17,823 nucleotides of DNA from Nitrospinales bacterium (GTDB taxonomy: Bacteria; Nitrospinota; Nitrospinia; Nitrospinales; JAJDAT01), in assembly GCA_046757665.1 (NCBI GenBank), contig JBHHYO010000056.1, positions 1 to 17,823 of the forward strand, given 5' to 3'. Shown here one piece after another: positions 17,383 to 17,823 of the stretch (positions within the stretch are counted from its first letter, which is position 1; each line of letters begins with the position of its first letter). Both the position numbers and the translations under genes were made by a program. A model generated the notes under the pieces. The model did no database searches and was not told where the DNA came from. It saw nothing but the letters and a program-made list of their open reading frames with translations.

Positions 17383-17773
17383 TCACTCCAGTTTTATTTT
17401 TATAATACCTTTAGGGTTGCCGTCCCGGTCTTTTTGAAAAAACTCCAGGAAAGTTTTTCCGCTGGCCCCTTCAACAATATTTGCTGGAAAAAAAATCGAC
17501 GCCATATTTGGTTTTCATTTTCTCGCGGTCAAAAAATGCGGGGTCGATTTTTGAGAAATTCACGGAGGAAGTGGGCGCCCAACAGCCGTCAATATCCTCG
17601 GGCGATTCCTTGTCGCTTACAAAACTCCCATCGATATAAATATCGGTGACGCCCGCCGCTATGAGGTTTTTGATCCCTTTTTTGCATTTTTTGAAGAGCG
17701 CTTTTCTGTGTTTGTTGAAACAGAATTTCTTTTCGATTTCACCAAGGGTTAAAAGATGAATTCCTGGTTCTAG
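17383..17773 (-). pseudogene. Disrupted Pol-beta-type nucleotidyltransferase (DUF6932-like)
   Basis: Hand translation: LEPGIHLLTLGEIEKKFCFNKHRKALF..IYIDGSFVSDKESPEDIDGCW..KYGVDFF, then after one extra base in the A8 run at 17488-17495, PANIVEGASGKTFLEFFQKDRDGNPKGIIKIKLE* (TGA 17385-17383). No start codon at the 5' end; in-frame TAA at 17779-17777. Confidence 0.8.
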
Positions 17774-17823
17774 TACTTAATTGCGTAATTTAGAGTATTT
17801 TTTATAAAGTTGTTTTTGAGTAA

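Noticed and set aside
17320-17649. 109-aa plus-strand ORF
   Set aside because: Antisense to the NTase pseudogene, which has clear motifs on the minus strand.

Overview
A GC-rich bacterial chromosomal segment of mostly housekeeping and envelope genes, with AT-rich, apparently foreign sequence at both ends. A Nitrospinota/Nitrospirota-like diderm is my impression only and is not demonstrable here. In order: a truncated CxxC/HIIP (HNH-like) gene missed by the ORF track; a UbiA/MqnP prenyltransferase; lipA; lptF; two CBS-pair proteins; a TPR lipoprotein; a protein made of three PCP_red-like repeats; a 1081-aa membrane/spermidine-synthase-like/TPR fusion; a REP/RPE-like palindrome; an Fe-S aldo/keto reductase; a five-gene PspA operon (DUF2617-like, J-domain, YbjN/CesT-fold, PspA, DUF4178-like) behind a near-consensus sigma70 promoter; guaB-guaA; and, directly after guaA, an XRE-HTH gene preceded by a broken nucleotidyltransferase (DUF6932-like) gene also missed by the ORF track. 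The best candidates for poorly described systems are the PspA operon with its own J-domain co-chaperone and the NTase/HTH toxin-antitoxin-like pair at the guaA integration hotspot. All family assignments come from motif recognition by eye; no searches were run.
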